Sequence record: NC_047838.1
DNA length: 64,000 bases
Reading direction: 5' to 3' (one strand)
Of the stretch, positions 54,787-62,358 are shown in pieces (the stretch's first letter is position 1; each line of letters opens with the position of its first letter). The position numbers and the translations under genes were made by a program. Below the pieces are notes generated by a model. It was given only the letters and a program-made list of their open reading frames with translations. It made no database searches and had not been told where the DNA came from.

Positions 54787-55803
54787 ATGGGTATCTTCAA
54801 CGAGTTTTTTAAGAAAGAAAAACCAGTTTTTACTGGACTTAAATTTGGTTTTGGTTCTGGTGGTGGTGGTGCAGCTGCACCTTCTCCAGTTTCTGCATCT
54901 GGCGGTACAAGAGAATCTAACGGAATTACACCTGGAAATGGTTACAGATATCATGTTTTTACATCGCCAGGAACTTTTACTGTTACTAGTGGAGGAAATG
55001 TCGAATTCCTTGTAGTTGGTGGTGGCGGTAGTGGTGGAACAGCAGGTACTCCTGGACACGGTGGAAACGGTGGTGCAGGAGGTGGTGGTGTACGAACAGG
55101 AACCGCACTTCCAGTTACAGCTAACGACTACACTATAACTATTGGTGCTGGTTCAGGTAATCCATCTAGAAGTGGAACACCATCTAGTATTGCTGGTCCA
55201 GATATTACTACGGTCACTGGACTTGGTGGCGGTGGAGGTGGGTTAGATTCTGATGATTCAGTTGGAACAAGCACGTCAGTTGGATCTGGTGGAGGATCTT
55301 GGGGTGGTGGTGGAGCGGTGGCGAATGTTCCTGGGGGACAACCATCGCAACCCACCGATTATGGTTCAACTAATTATGGAAATAGTGGTGGTGGTGGTGC
55401 TGATAGTCCTGCTTGGAATGGTGGAGGAGGTGGTGGTGCTGGTGCTGCTGGAAGTCCCAATCCTGCTAATAATGTGGCAGGTGATGGCGGCGCAGGTCAA
55501 CCACTACCTGCATATTCCGCACCGGTATTACAACCCGGTATTCCAACACCCGTCTGGCCTGTATTTGGTCCAACTGTAGGACCAACTGGTCTCTACGCTG
55601 GAGGCGGTGGTGGTGGTAGATCTCACCCCCAAGCAGGTGGTGGTGGTGGCGGAACTAATGGATCAGGTGGACCTGGTGGTGGAGGTAATGCAGATTTTGA
55701 TGGAAAGGTTAATACTGGTGGTGGTGGAGGGGCTCGCAGTCCAGATTCATCCGCTAACCCAACTGGCGGAACAGGTATAGTTGTGATAAGATACCAAGTC
55801 TGA
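54787..55803 (+). CDS. Single-domain glycine-rich adhesin-like protein, tip 7
   Basis: FNEFFKKEKP leader; one glycine-rich unit ending GIVVIRYQV. Confidence 0.7.
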   Translation: MGIFNEFFKKEKPVFTGLKFGFGSGGGGAAAPSPVSASGGTRESNGITPGNGYRYHVFTSPGTFTVTSGGNVEFLVVGGGGSGGTAGTPGHGGNGGAGGGGVRTGTALPVTANDYTITIGAGSGNPSRSGTPSSIAGPDITTVTGLGGGGGGLDSDDSVGTSTSVGSGGGSWGGGGAVANVPGGQPSQPTDYGSTNYGNSGGGGADSPAWNGGGGGGAGAAGSPNPANNVAGDGGAGQPLPAYSAPVLQPGIPTPVWPVFGPTVGPTGLYAGGGGGGRSHPQAGGGGGGTNGSGGPGGGGNADFDGKVNTGGGGGARSPDSSANPTGGTGIVVIRYQV

Positions 55804-55823
55804 TTAATTTTCACTCTCTTTTT

Positions 55824-56366
55824 ATGAAAAAACTTGAAAATCCAAAATTACCAAACTATTATTCTCTTAAAGATTTTATCTTAGGAGATAATTTTCCATG
55901 GTTTTATAATGAACACTTTGTATACAAAGAGAACACGGAGCATTACATAAAATCTGGTGAGGGATTCAGCGATATTTCTTTTTACACTCATTCTTTTTTG
56001 AATAGACCAAAGAATACAGGTATGGGAGAAAAGTATCCAACGGTTAACTCACCCCATACGGGTAAAGTTAGTGATGTTTTAAATTCTATTTTTATTGCCA
56101 ACAATATCGAAGTAAACTGCATTTACAGAATAAATGCAAATTTACTTCATCCATCAAAAACTGAGAAGAAAACTTTTATTCATGTCGATCATCCCTTTCC
56201 ACACAAGAATCTTCTAATATATCTGACAGACGCTGGAGGAAAAACTGTTTGCGGTAAAGATGTTCATGATCCAAAAGAGGATGACATAATCACATTTGAG
56301 GGGGAGCACTACAACTTTTTACCAGAAAATAATCGCAGAATAGTCATAGTCGCAACGTATATATGA
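55824..56366 (+). CDS. 2OG-Fe(II) oxygenase-like protein
   Basis: HVD..HKNLLIYL..GG.T, IITFEG.H..RRIVI. Confidence 0.7.
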   Translation: MKKLENPKLPNYYSLKDFILGDNFPWFYNEHFVYKENTEHYIKSGEGFSDISFYTHSFLNRPKNTGMGEKYPTVNSPHTGKVSDVLNSIFIANNIEVNCIYRINANLLHPSKTEKKTFIHVDHPFPHKNLLIYLTDAGGKTVCGKDVHDPKEDDIITFEGEHYNFLPENNRRIVIVATYI

Positions 56367-56404
56367 ATGACAGACCATATAAATAAGGTGCCCTATGAGT
56401 TTAT

Positions 56405-56560
56405 ATGACACCTCACAAATACGATCACATCCTAATCCAACGAAATCCATTTACCCACAAACCACAATCTATCACATACATCGATCCTAAATTCATCCAA
56501 TTAAGAATCTACTACAAGTGTGAGAGCGAGTTCTTTAAGAAGAAAACGACCAGTCAATAA
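56405..56560 (+). CDS. Small hypothetical protein (51 aa)
   Basis: Manual translation MTPHKYDHILIQRNPF... Confidence 0.5.
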   Translation: MTPHKYDHILIQRNPFTHKPQSITYIDPKFIQLRIYYKCESEFFKKKTTSQ

Positions 56561-56605
56561 AGTGGCACAGAGACCCTCTAGGAGACCCCTAGGGGGTCTT
56601 ATAGT
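56549..56605 (+). promoter_or_regulatory. Early-type promoter element copy 1 (ACCAGT-N6-AGTGGCAC, hairpin, TATAGT)
   Basis: Repeated motif; inverted repeat 56570-56599. Confidence 0.65.
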
Positions 56606-56629
56606 ATGTGCAAACAGACCTTTAGGGGT

Positions 56630-56725
56630 ATGACTGCCACTCACAAGTTAATCTTCGTTGCATCGTTCTTCTGGTTGATGAACTGGGGTGTGCGTGTTAC
56701 CTCATTAGTTCTTGACAAATTCTAA
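56630..56725 (+). CDS. Small hydrophobic peptide (31 aa)
   Basis: MTATHKLIFVASFFWLMNWGVRVTSLVLDKF*; AGGGG SD. Confidence 0.5.
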   Translation: MTATHKLIFVASFFWLMNWGVRVTSLVLDKF

Positions 56726-56739
56726 AAATCCTGTATAAT
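56712..56739 (+). promoter_or_regulatory. Sigma70-type promoter TTGACA-16-TATAAT
   Basis: Consensus hexamers upstream of 56765 gene with GGAGG SD. Confidence 0.7.
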
Positions 56740-56764
56740 TACCTTTGTGGAGGTTAATCAAACT

Positions 56765-56959
56765 ATGAAAACTGAGTTCCTTTGTGTAAAGCCTAAGAGT
56801 TCTAAAGCGAAGAATCGTTTTTCTAACTTGATGGATCAGTTGCACTCTTGTCGTGTGGAACAACGTAAAGATGGCAAAGTATTTCTTGCATCCATCTCTG
56901 GTCGTTACTTTTTCTGGATTAACGAGTCCGCAGACGATCACTGGGAGGTAATTACATGA
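56765..56959 (+). CDS. Conserved cyanophage hypothetical protein
   Basis: MKTEFLCVKPKSSKAKNRF..; start placed behind GGAGG. Confidence 0.7.
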   Translation: MKTEFLCVKPKSSKAKNRFSNLMDQLHSCRVEQRKDGKVFLASISGRYFFWINESADDHWEVIT

Positions 56960-57135
56960 TAGAACTACTTTTAGCATCGGGGTTATCCTGTGCAAGTTCT
57001 CAAGAACTGTTAAATAGAGTCAACGAATATGCAAAAAAAGGCACCATGCCTATGGAACATATTCAGGAAGTCATTGACGTTATCAAAGAAGACAACCCGG
57101 AGTGTTTTAATGAAGGATCAGAATCAAATCCCTGA
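56956..57135 (+). CDS. Small hypothetical protein (59 aa)
   Basis: Manual translation MIELLLASGLSCASSQELL..; GGAGG SD; ATGA overlap. Confidence 0.6.
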   Translation: MIELLLASGLSCASSQELLNRVNEYAKKGTMPMEHIQEVIDVIKEDNPECFNEGSESNP

Positions 57136-57307
57136 CGGCGAAAGTAAACAAGACAAGTGGAATCGTGGTCTTGATATTTTCATCGAGTCTGTAATCAAAC
57201 CTGATCCTGCTTTACGTCAGTGTGCTCACAATCAGTTGTGCTATCATGAATTGATGGATGTCCGTAGGGATGTTCTTGATTATCTCAAAACAAAACGATG
57301 GAACTGA
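57110..57307 (+). CDS. Hypothetical protein
   Basis: MKDQNQIPDGESKQDKWNRGLDIFIESV; start adjusted. Confidence 0.65.
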   Translation: MKDQNQIPDGESKQDKWNRGLDIFIESVIKPDPALRQCAHNQLCYHELMDVRRDVLDYLKTKRWN

Positions 57308-57510
57308 TCAAACCGGAAGATCCGCAGTATTTCACTCACACCTCTGACGATCTTTATGACCGTCATCACTACAAAATCGTCAGTAATTCTGGGGAAACAA
57401 TTACCGTGGATAACTGGGAGGATGCTAGAGTGGTGTGGTGGAATAAAAAGACATTCCTATCACATGTGGAAGTCATTACACCCAAAAAGAAATCAAAAGG
57501 ATTTAGATGA
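57298..57510 (+). CDS. Hypothetical protein
   Basis: ORF track; overlapping neighbours. Confidence 0.65.
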   Translation: MELIKPEDPQYFTHTSDDLYDRHHYKIVSNSGETITVDNWEDARVVWWNKKTFLSHVEVITPKKKSKGFR

Positions 57511-57665
57511 ATCTCACCTCACAAGAAATTGAATATCTTCAGTATGCACTCGAAACTATGAACGGGTGGCACGTTGCAAGAGGTGAACAACTGAACACAC
57601 CTACAGTCAATCATAAAGAACTGCAACGTAAACTTCAGGATTATTACAATCGTCTCCACGCATGA
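57507..57665 (+). CDS. Small hypothetical protein (52 aa)
   Basis: Manual translation MNLTSQEIEYLQYALETM..; ATGA overlaps on both sides. Confidence 0.55.
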   Translation: MNLTSQEIEYLQYALETMNGWHVARGEQLNTPTVNHKELQRKLQDYYNRLHA

Positions 57666-58123
57666 AAGAGTTTGATTATGATCTCGATTACAAATCTCTG
57701 GACTTCACAGATGCAGAAACTCGCAAACTTTATCGTATTGGAAGGGGAGAACAAGGGGTTCTATTGGTACGCCCTTATACAAACGATATTTGTGCTCACT
57801 GGAGATTTGTAGATGAGGAAGCGTCTCTTAAATCTTCTGATAGAATATACTCGATGTTCTGTGAGTATAAACGACGGAAAGATTTCGTTGGAATGGACAT
57901 GGCACGGAAATTCCTTGAGATGGGATTCACTCGTGCCAGACGGTATGCCAATCACTCTTCGGGACGGAAATATGCAGAAAATGGGAGTGTATCTCCCTGC
58001 GAGGAAGATTGCCTCACGAATGTCAAAGCAAGATCAGCAAAGATCTTCAAAAAAGTAAGAGATAAAGCTGCATACGACCCTGAGTATCAAAGTATGCGTA
58101 AAGAATGGAGAGCAAGTGAATGA
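57662..58123 (+). CDS. DUF4385-like protein
   Basis: YRIGRGEQGVLLVRPY..HWRF..DFVGMDMARKFLEMGFTRARRYANH. Confidence 0.8.
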   Translation: MKEFDYDLDYKSLDFTDAETRKLYRIGRGEQGVLLVRPYTNDICAHWRFVDEEASLKSSDRIYSMFCEYKRRKDFVGMDMARKFLEMGFTRARRYANHSSGRKYAENGSVSPCEEDCLTNVKARSAKIFKKVRDKAAYDPEYQSMRKEWRASE

Positions 58124-58479
58124 TTAGATCCAGTATCCTTGACCCTGAGTATCATATTCTGTTCCCATACGTTACATTTCCGTGGCGACTGGAGGTGAAT
58201 AAAGATTGTCATAATGTGAAAGGTATTGCCTTGACAGTATGCCACTTTGAGTGCGAAGAACACTTGCAAAAATACCTGGATAGATATAAACTGAGACCAA
58301 GAGATTACAAAGTATCAAACCGTGATGGCAAATCCCTTAAGTCCAGTAAAAAACACAAGGCAAACGTACAGCAAACAACTAGAAAAAGTAGTAACGGAGG
58401 TACAAGTGCAGTTCGCAGAAGAAAATCCAGCGTGGATTCCACTAGAAACTCTGCTAGCAATTCAAAGCGTAAAAAATGA
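58120..58479 (+). CDS. Hypothetical protein with basic tail
   Basis: ORF; overlap with neighbours. Confidence 0.6.
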   Translation: MIRSSILDPEYHILFPYVTFPWRLEVNKDCHNVKGIALTVCHFECEEHLQKYLDRYKLRPRDYKVSNRDGKSLKSSKKHKANVQQTTRKSSNGGTSAVRRRKSSVDSTRNSASNSKRKK

Positions 58480-58721
58480 CTGAACCAAAAGTACATCCAG
58501 AGATCGCAGAACACGAATGGATTGATGATTGTTTTCGTGTGTTTGAAACTCGTATGGGATTGTGGTCAACTGAGACAAAAGAAGGTCGCAAAATGTTGAC
58601 TGGAATGAAAAAGGAAGATGTTGTCTCTATGACACGTTGGCATCTTAAGTGTGAACAAGAGGGCACACTTGACCAGTACACCAGAGTTATTGGTGACGCA
58701 TATGTAGGAGGAAAACTATGA
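58476..58721 (+). CDS. Hypothetical protein
   Basis: ORF ending YVGGKL. Confidence 0.65.
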   Translation: MTEPKVHPEIAEHEWIDDCFRVFETRMGLWSTETKEGRKMLTGMKKEDVVSMTRWHLKCEQEGTLDQYTRVIGDAYVGGKL

Positions 58722-58867
58722 GTAAGAAAAAGAAAAAGAATGATGAGTGGACATTTGAAAAGACTGCTGAAACTGAAGAGGCAATCAAACGCTTACATGA
58801 AACAATTCGTATGCGTAAACTAAAAGAACATGATGACAAAATGGGTTACGAAACTGGAGGTAAATGA
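58718..58867 (+). CDS. Small basic hypothetical protein (49 aa)
   Basis: Manual translation MSKKKKKNDEWTFEKT..; AGGAGG SD. Confidence 0.55.
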   Translation: MSKKKKKNDEWTFEKTAETEEAIKRLHETIRMRKLKEHDDKMGYETGGK

Positions 58868-59094
58868 TGAGAGACTATGATCCCTTGACACCTGAAGAAG
58901 TGAATGATGCTGCAAAGGAATTCTTTCCGTTGTTTGACATCGTGCATCGTAATATGCCAGAGAACTGTACCGTTGAAGACACAATTAAGGTGATGGAAAC
59001 TGTATGCAGCATGGCACAAAAACGACGTGCCTTTGATAAAGGTGAAGTTGGACCGTTTGGATTCAACAAAAAGACTGAAGAAGTCCCCGCTTGA
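58864..59094 (+). CDS. Hypothetical protein
   Basis: ORF with GGAGG SD. Confidence 0.65.
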   Translation: MMRDYDPLTPEEVNDAAKEFFPLFDIVHRNMPENCTVEDTIKVMETVCSMAQKRRAFDKGEVGPFGFNKKTEEVPA

Positions 59095-59119
59095 CATCAC
59101 CATCTAGGTGATATATACT
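59091..59119 (+). promoter_or_regulatory. Sigma70-type promoter TTGACA-17-TATACT for petF
   Basis: Near-consensus hexamers. Confidence 0.75.
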
Positions 59120-59140
59120 ATTCATACTTAATAAAGGTAC

Positions 59141-59431
59141 ATGGATTATTCTGTAACTCTGAAAACTTCTGAAGGTGATAAGACCATTCAGGTTCCTGAC
59201 GATTCTTACATTCTCGATGCTGCTGAGGAGCAGGGAATTGATCTGCCATATTCATGCCGTGCTGGTGCATGTTCTTCCTGTGCAGCAAAGATTGAGTCTG
59301 GCACAGTAGATCAGAGCGATCAATCTTTCCTGGATGATGATCAGATTGAAGCAGGATTTACGCTGCTGTGTGTAGCTTATCCTACCTCTGATTGTGTGAT
59401 TGAAACAGAGCAAGAAGACGCCCTGTACTGA
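59141..59431 (+). CDS. petF: Plant-type [2Fe-2S] ferredoxin
   Basis: [40 protein letters not shown]. Confidence 0.97.
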   Translation: MDYSVTLKTSEGDKTIQVPDDSYILDAAEEQGIDLPYSCRAGACSSCAAKIESGTVDQSDQSFLDDDQIEAGFTLLCVAYPTSDCVIETEQEDALY

Positions 59432-59461
59432 TAAATATTACATACTGTCAACGTATGTAAC

Positions 59462-59602
59462 ATGGAGGATAAAAAAGTTTGCAAAAAAATCATCAAACGT
59501 GCAAAGAAACACCCTGACTGGTATACTCCAGAGGAAGTCTCTTATGCTAAGTTGATGAAAAAAGCAATCAAAAAAAGAAAAGAGGAGACACAAGATGTCT
59601 AA
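59462..59602 (+). CDS. Small basic hypothetical protein (46 aa)
   Basis: MEDKKVCKKIIKRAKKHPDWYTPEEVSYAK.. Confidence 0.6.
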   Translation: MEDKKVCKKIIKRAKKHPDWYTPEEVSYAKLMKKAIKKRKEETQDV

Positions 59603-59744
59603 CATTTCTGAAGCAACTAATGATGATTGGATTGACTTTTGGTATTATGAAGATCAAATGACTTCTGACTTTGAGAAAGTATGGAAGGAAATGGATCAAA
59701 TTGAACCATTAACTCCTGTAACGCAATCCCAAAGAAAAGATTAA
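59595..59744 (+). CDS. Small acidic hypothetical protein (49 aa)
   Basis: Manual translation; GAGGAG SD. Confidence 0.45.
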   Translation: MSNISEATNDDWIDFWYYEDQMTSDFEKVWKEMDQIEPLTPVTQSQRKD

Positions 59745-59802
59745 ATTACTAACTATTTGTGAAATGCTATGTTAGCATGTCATCACATTCAGGAGATTGC
59801 CC

Positions 59803-59952
59803 ATGACTCTACCCAAAGACAAAAAACTTAAGGATGAACATATTGAGTCTATGAAAATTGCGGTAGAGCAGTATGATATTCGGGCAATTCATCCAGAAAA
59901 AATGGAAGAATTTGCTGAATATCTTGTTCAAAAGGCAAGACAATCTGAATAG
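59803..59952 (+). CDS. Small hypothetical protein (49 aa)
   Basis: MTLPKDKKLKDEHIESMK..; AGGAG SD. Confidence 0.55.
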   Translation: MTLPKDKKLKDEHIESMKIAVEQYDIRAIHPEKMEEFAEYLVQKARQSE

Positions 59953-59995
59953 TGGCACAAGACCCCTTGCAAGGGGTCTTTTTTTATGACATAAT
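59939..59995 (+). promoter_or_regulatory. Early-type promoter element copy 2 overlapping a terminator hairpin
   Basis: GACAAT-N6-AGTGGCAC; AAGACCCCTT-GC-AAGGGGTCTT plus T run; TTGCAA-17-CATAAT. Confidence 0.65.
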
Positions 59996-60013
59996 TATTA
60001 TAGTTGGAGAACT

Positions 60014-60454
60014 TTGATGAAACTTATTGCAGCACTATTGTTGATCGGTGCTACAACTGCTCCCGCATTTGCTGGTGGTCCTAGGACAATGCGACCACGT
60101 TCTTATCAACCTGGGTGGTCACAAGAAGAGAAATGCTATAAAAGAGAGTATCGGGAAGAGTATGTTCCTGGGACTGCAAAGAATCCCGGTTATGTGAGAA
60201 CTTACAAAAAACGTGTTGAGGTTCCATGTGAACGAGATTACATCCCTCAGACTGCTCCTCATCATCACTATGAAGAACCACACCCCAATGTGGGTAATGT
60301 GGATAACAATTCCTGTGCCGAGGGAACTGTTGCCGGAGGATTGTTAGGTGGTGCATTAGGTGGAGTTTTGTCCACTAAAGATAACTGGATCTGGGCAATT
60401 CCTACAGGTATTGTTAGCGGAGCTATGGTCGGTTGCCAGGTGGACGGTGGTTGA
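60014..60454 (+). CDS. Exported protein with signal peptide and C-terminal glycine zipper
   Basis: MKLIAALLLIGATTAPAFA signal; GTVAGGLLGGALGG..GIVSGAMVGCQ. Confidence 0.7.
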   Translation: MMKLIAALLLIGATTAPAFAGGPRTMRPRSYQPGWSQEEKCYKREYREEYVPGTAKNPGYVRTYKKRVEVPCERDYIPQTAPHHHYEEPHPNVGNVDNNSCAEGTVAGGLLGGALGGVLSTKDNWIWAIPTGIVSGAMVGCQVDGG

Positions 60455-60497
60455 AGTGTCCACGGTTCCCCCCACGGGGTTCAGAATCGTGTATATT
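60443..60497 (+). promoter_or_regulatory. Early-type promoter element copy 3
   Basis: GACGGT-N6-AGTGTCCAC then TATATT at 60492. Confidence 0.6.
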
Positions 60498-60522
60498 AAA
60501 AGAGTCAAAGGAACACAACCAC

Positions 60523-60909
60523 ATGGCAACCCGCTCACGCATCGGTATTCAACTCAAAGACAATTCTGTCCTGTCTGTTTATCACCACTGGGATGGTTAT
60601 CCTGAGTGGTTGGGTCGCATCCTGAACACACATTACAACTCTCGCGATCTTGCTTCTGAGTTGATTGATGGCGGCGACATGTCTGCTGCCTGGGGTGATG
60701 AAAACCGTGCAGAGTATTACTCTGAGCGCGGTGAAGATTGTCCTCCTCGCTATGATGATGACATCTTCGATTTCCTGAAAAAAGAGAATAATGAAGAGTA
60801 TGCTTATATTTGGACTGTGAATAACAAGTGGGTAGCATTTGACATGAACGAGTTCAACGATAACGATCCTGAAAAGGTTGAAATTCCCTCTGGAGCACTG
60901 ATGGCATGA
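60523..60909 (+). CDS. Conserved phage protein (YHHWDGYP motif)
   Basis: MATRSRIGI..SVYHHWDGYPEWLG; start placed at 60523 behind promoter. Confidence 0.75.
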   Translation: MATRSRIGIQLKDNSVLSVYHHWDGYPEWLGRILNTHYNSRDLASELIDGGDMSAAWGDENRAEYYSERGEDCPPRYDDDIFDFLKKENNEEYAYIWTVNNKWVAFDMNEFNDNDPEKVEIPSGALMA

Positions 60910-61031
60910 CTGAACAAGAACGCATTATGTATCAAGAACTCGCCTACGAATTCTGGGTTCAAATTGAGAAGGAAGCAGCAGAACTTGAAGTCACGGTAGA
61001 TTACTACCTTGAAGAGTTCTACTGTTCGTGA
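60906..61031 (+). CDS. Small acidic hypothetical protein (41 aa)
   Basis: ..EKEAAELEVTVDYYLEEF. Confidence 0.6.
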   Translation: MTEQERIMYQELAYEFWVQIEKEAAELEVTVDYYLEEFYCS

Positions 61032-61056
61032 TATAATCTAACAAAGGGATTATCTC

Positions 61057-61359
61057 ATGATTGGAAACTTAGAACCAGAGGAACATGTTATGGATGATAG
61101 TGTCATCTATCCCGGTGGAATGTTGGGTCAACTCGCTATTGCTCTGGAGTCCCTAGGTTGGGACTATGGTGATAATGTAGCAGTAGAGATTGCAGGCACC
61201 TCAGTCTATGAGATTGATGGTGCTGGTACTAAGTGGGCACCACTAAAAGGCACCCGTAAGTACAACAAAGATGCGTTCATCGTTATCAAGAACCTTGATC
61301 GCAATCCCACCGTACCATCACAACCAAACCCAGATCTAAAGGCACATCATGCAACCTGA
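61057..61359 (+). CDS. Conserved cyanophage hypothetical protein
   Basis: ORF track. Confidence 0.65.
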   Translation: MIGNLEPEEHVMDDSVIYPGGMLGQLAIALESLGWDYGDNVAVEIAGTSVYEIDGAGTKWAPLKGTRKYNKDAFIVIKNLDRNPTVPSQPNPDLKAHHAT

Positions 61360-61582
61360 TATGAGTATAGGGTGGGAACAACACCTTAAAAATGGCAATT
61401 TGTGGCGTGGTGAGGTAGAACTTACCATGCAAGGTGGTGAAACTGATGAGCAACTCATCTATACTGTGGAAGTTTTTGTAGTGTCACCCACACAACAACT
61501 GGCGCAGTATATTATCACTACGATGTATCCAGAGTACGAATCTGTCTTTATTGATGATGAACCTGTTGGAACTCCCGCCTGA
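61349..61582 (+). CDS. Hypothetical protein
   Basis: ORF track. Confidence 0.6.
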   Translation: MQPDMSIGWEQHLKNGNLWRGEVELTMQGGETDEQLIYTVEVFVVSPTQQLAQYIITTMYPEYESVFIDDEPVGTPA

Positions 61583-61850
61583 TTTTATTCATGAACCACC
61601 AGAAGGATACGCCTACGAAGTTAAACCCTTTAAGCGTAATGTTGTCGCTATTTGGCTACAGCATCCCGATCATTACAATTTTAGTAGTGATCGTGTCTCT
61701 ACGATCTGGGGGTTCTACAATACAAAGTCGCGAACCTATTCAGCGCCTGTTAATGCCACCAAGTGTGGAGATCAGGTAGACATTAAGGACACACGTCCTT
61801 ATACTGCTATGCAGTTAAACCTCAATCCTTTGATGGCAGCGTTCTCATGA
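61551..61850 (+). CDS. Conserved cyanophage hypothetical protein
   Basis: LPPDFIHEPPEGY..YTAMQLNLNPL; exact start uncertain. Confidence 0.6.
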   Translation: MMMNLLELPPDFIHEPPEGYAYEVKPFKRNVVAIWLQHPDHYNFSSDRVSTIWGFYNTKSRTYSAPVNATKCGDQVDIKDTRPYTAMQLNLNPLMAAFS

Positions 61851-62152
61851 AATATATTCCCAGACTGAATGATTATGTCTCTTGGCGTAATGTTGAGGGA
61901 TGGGTATATTTTGTTGATGAAGAATATCTCACGATTGAGATAGCAGTCAAACCAAAAGCAGATGATTTGGTTCCCCTCCATAAGAATCATCACTGCTTGA
62001 TTGTTTGCTACACTCAATTTTGGGACGAGTTAGTGTATGTTCACAGCAGGAGATTTGCTAATGCTTCAAACCTTGAAGAGATGGAAATCTATGTAAGAAA
62101 GTTTGATGATGACACCTACAAATCACAAGAGCACAGATATAGAGATCCGTGA
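61847..62152 (+). CDS. Hypothetical protein
   Basis: YV.W..VEGWVYFVDEEYLTIEIAVKPK. Confidence 0.65.
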   Translation: MKYIPRLNDYVSWRNVEGWVYFVDEEYLTIEIAVKPKADDLVPLHKNHHCLIVCYTQFWDELVYVHSRRFANASNLEEMEIYVRKFDDDTYKSQEHRYRDP

Positions 62153-62358
62153 ATAAGTTATGGAAAGTATGGAAGTATGCAATCGGAAGTTTCAGCGATG
62201 ACAAGACAGAACCTTACGATAATTATGTTGCTGGCATACGCACCATTATATTTGTTAGTTACATGGTCACTAACGCTTTTATTGTATCTGGAGTATTGAG
62301 ACACTGGCATGATGTACCAAGTCAATTACATGAAACCAAAGAAGAAAGGTTATGCTAA
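62149..62358 (+). CDS. Small membrane protein
   Basis: WKYAIGSFSD..IRTIIFVSY.VTN.FIV.GV.RHW; GTG start. Confidence 0.6.
   Translation: MNKLWKVWKYAIGSFSDDKTEPYDNYVAGIRTIIFVSYMVTNAFIVSGVLRHWHDVPSQLHETKEERLC

Noticed and set aside
24458-55803. Diversity-generating retroelement, invertible shufflon or CRISPR array as explanation for tip diversity
   Set aside because: No reverse transcriptase, recombinase, long near-identical template/variable repeat pair, inverted crossover sites or regularly spaced repeat-spacer units seen; all cassettes are co-oriented.
36242-55803. Collagen-like (Gly-X-Y)n fibres
   Set aside because: Glycines occur in runs and G-x-G-G patterns, not sustained triplet periodicity; this fits polyglycine-II rather than collagen.
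36828-55814. Many minus-strand Pro-rich or His-rich ORFs and alternate-frame Val/Glu-rich ORFs over the glycine-rich genes
   Set aside because: Shadows of GGT/GGA codon runs (reverse reads CCA/ACC/CAC); no SD or promoter, fully overlapped by coherent plus-strand genes.
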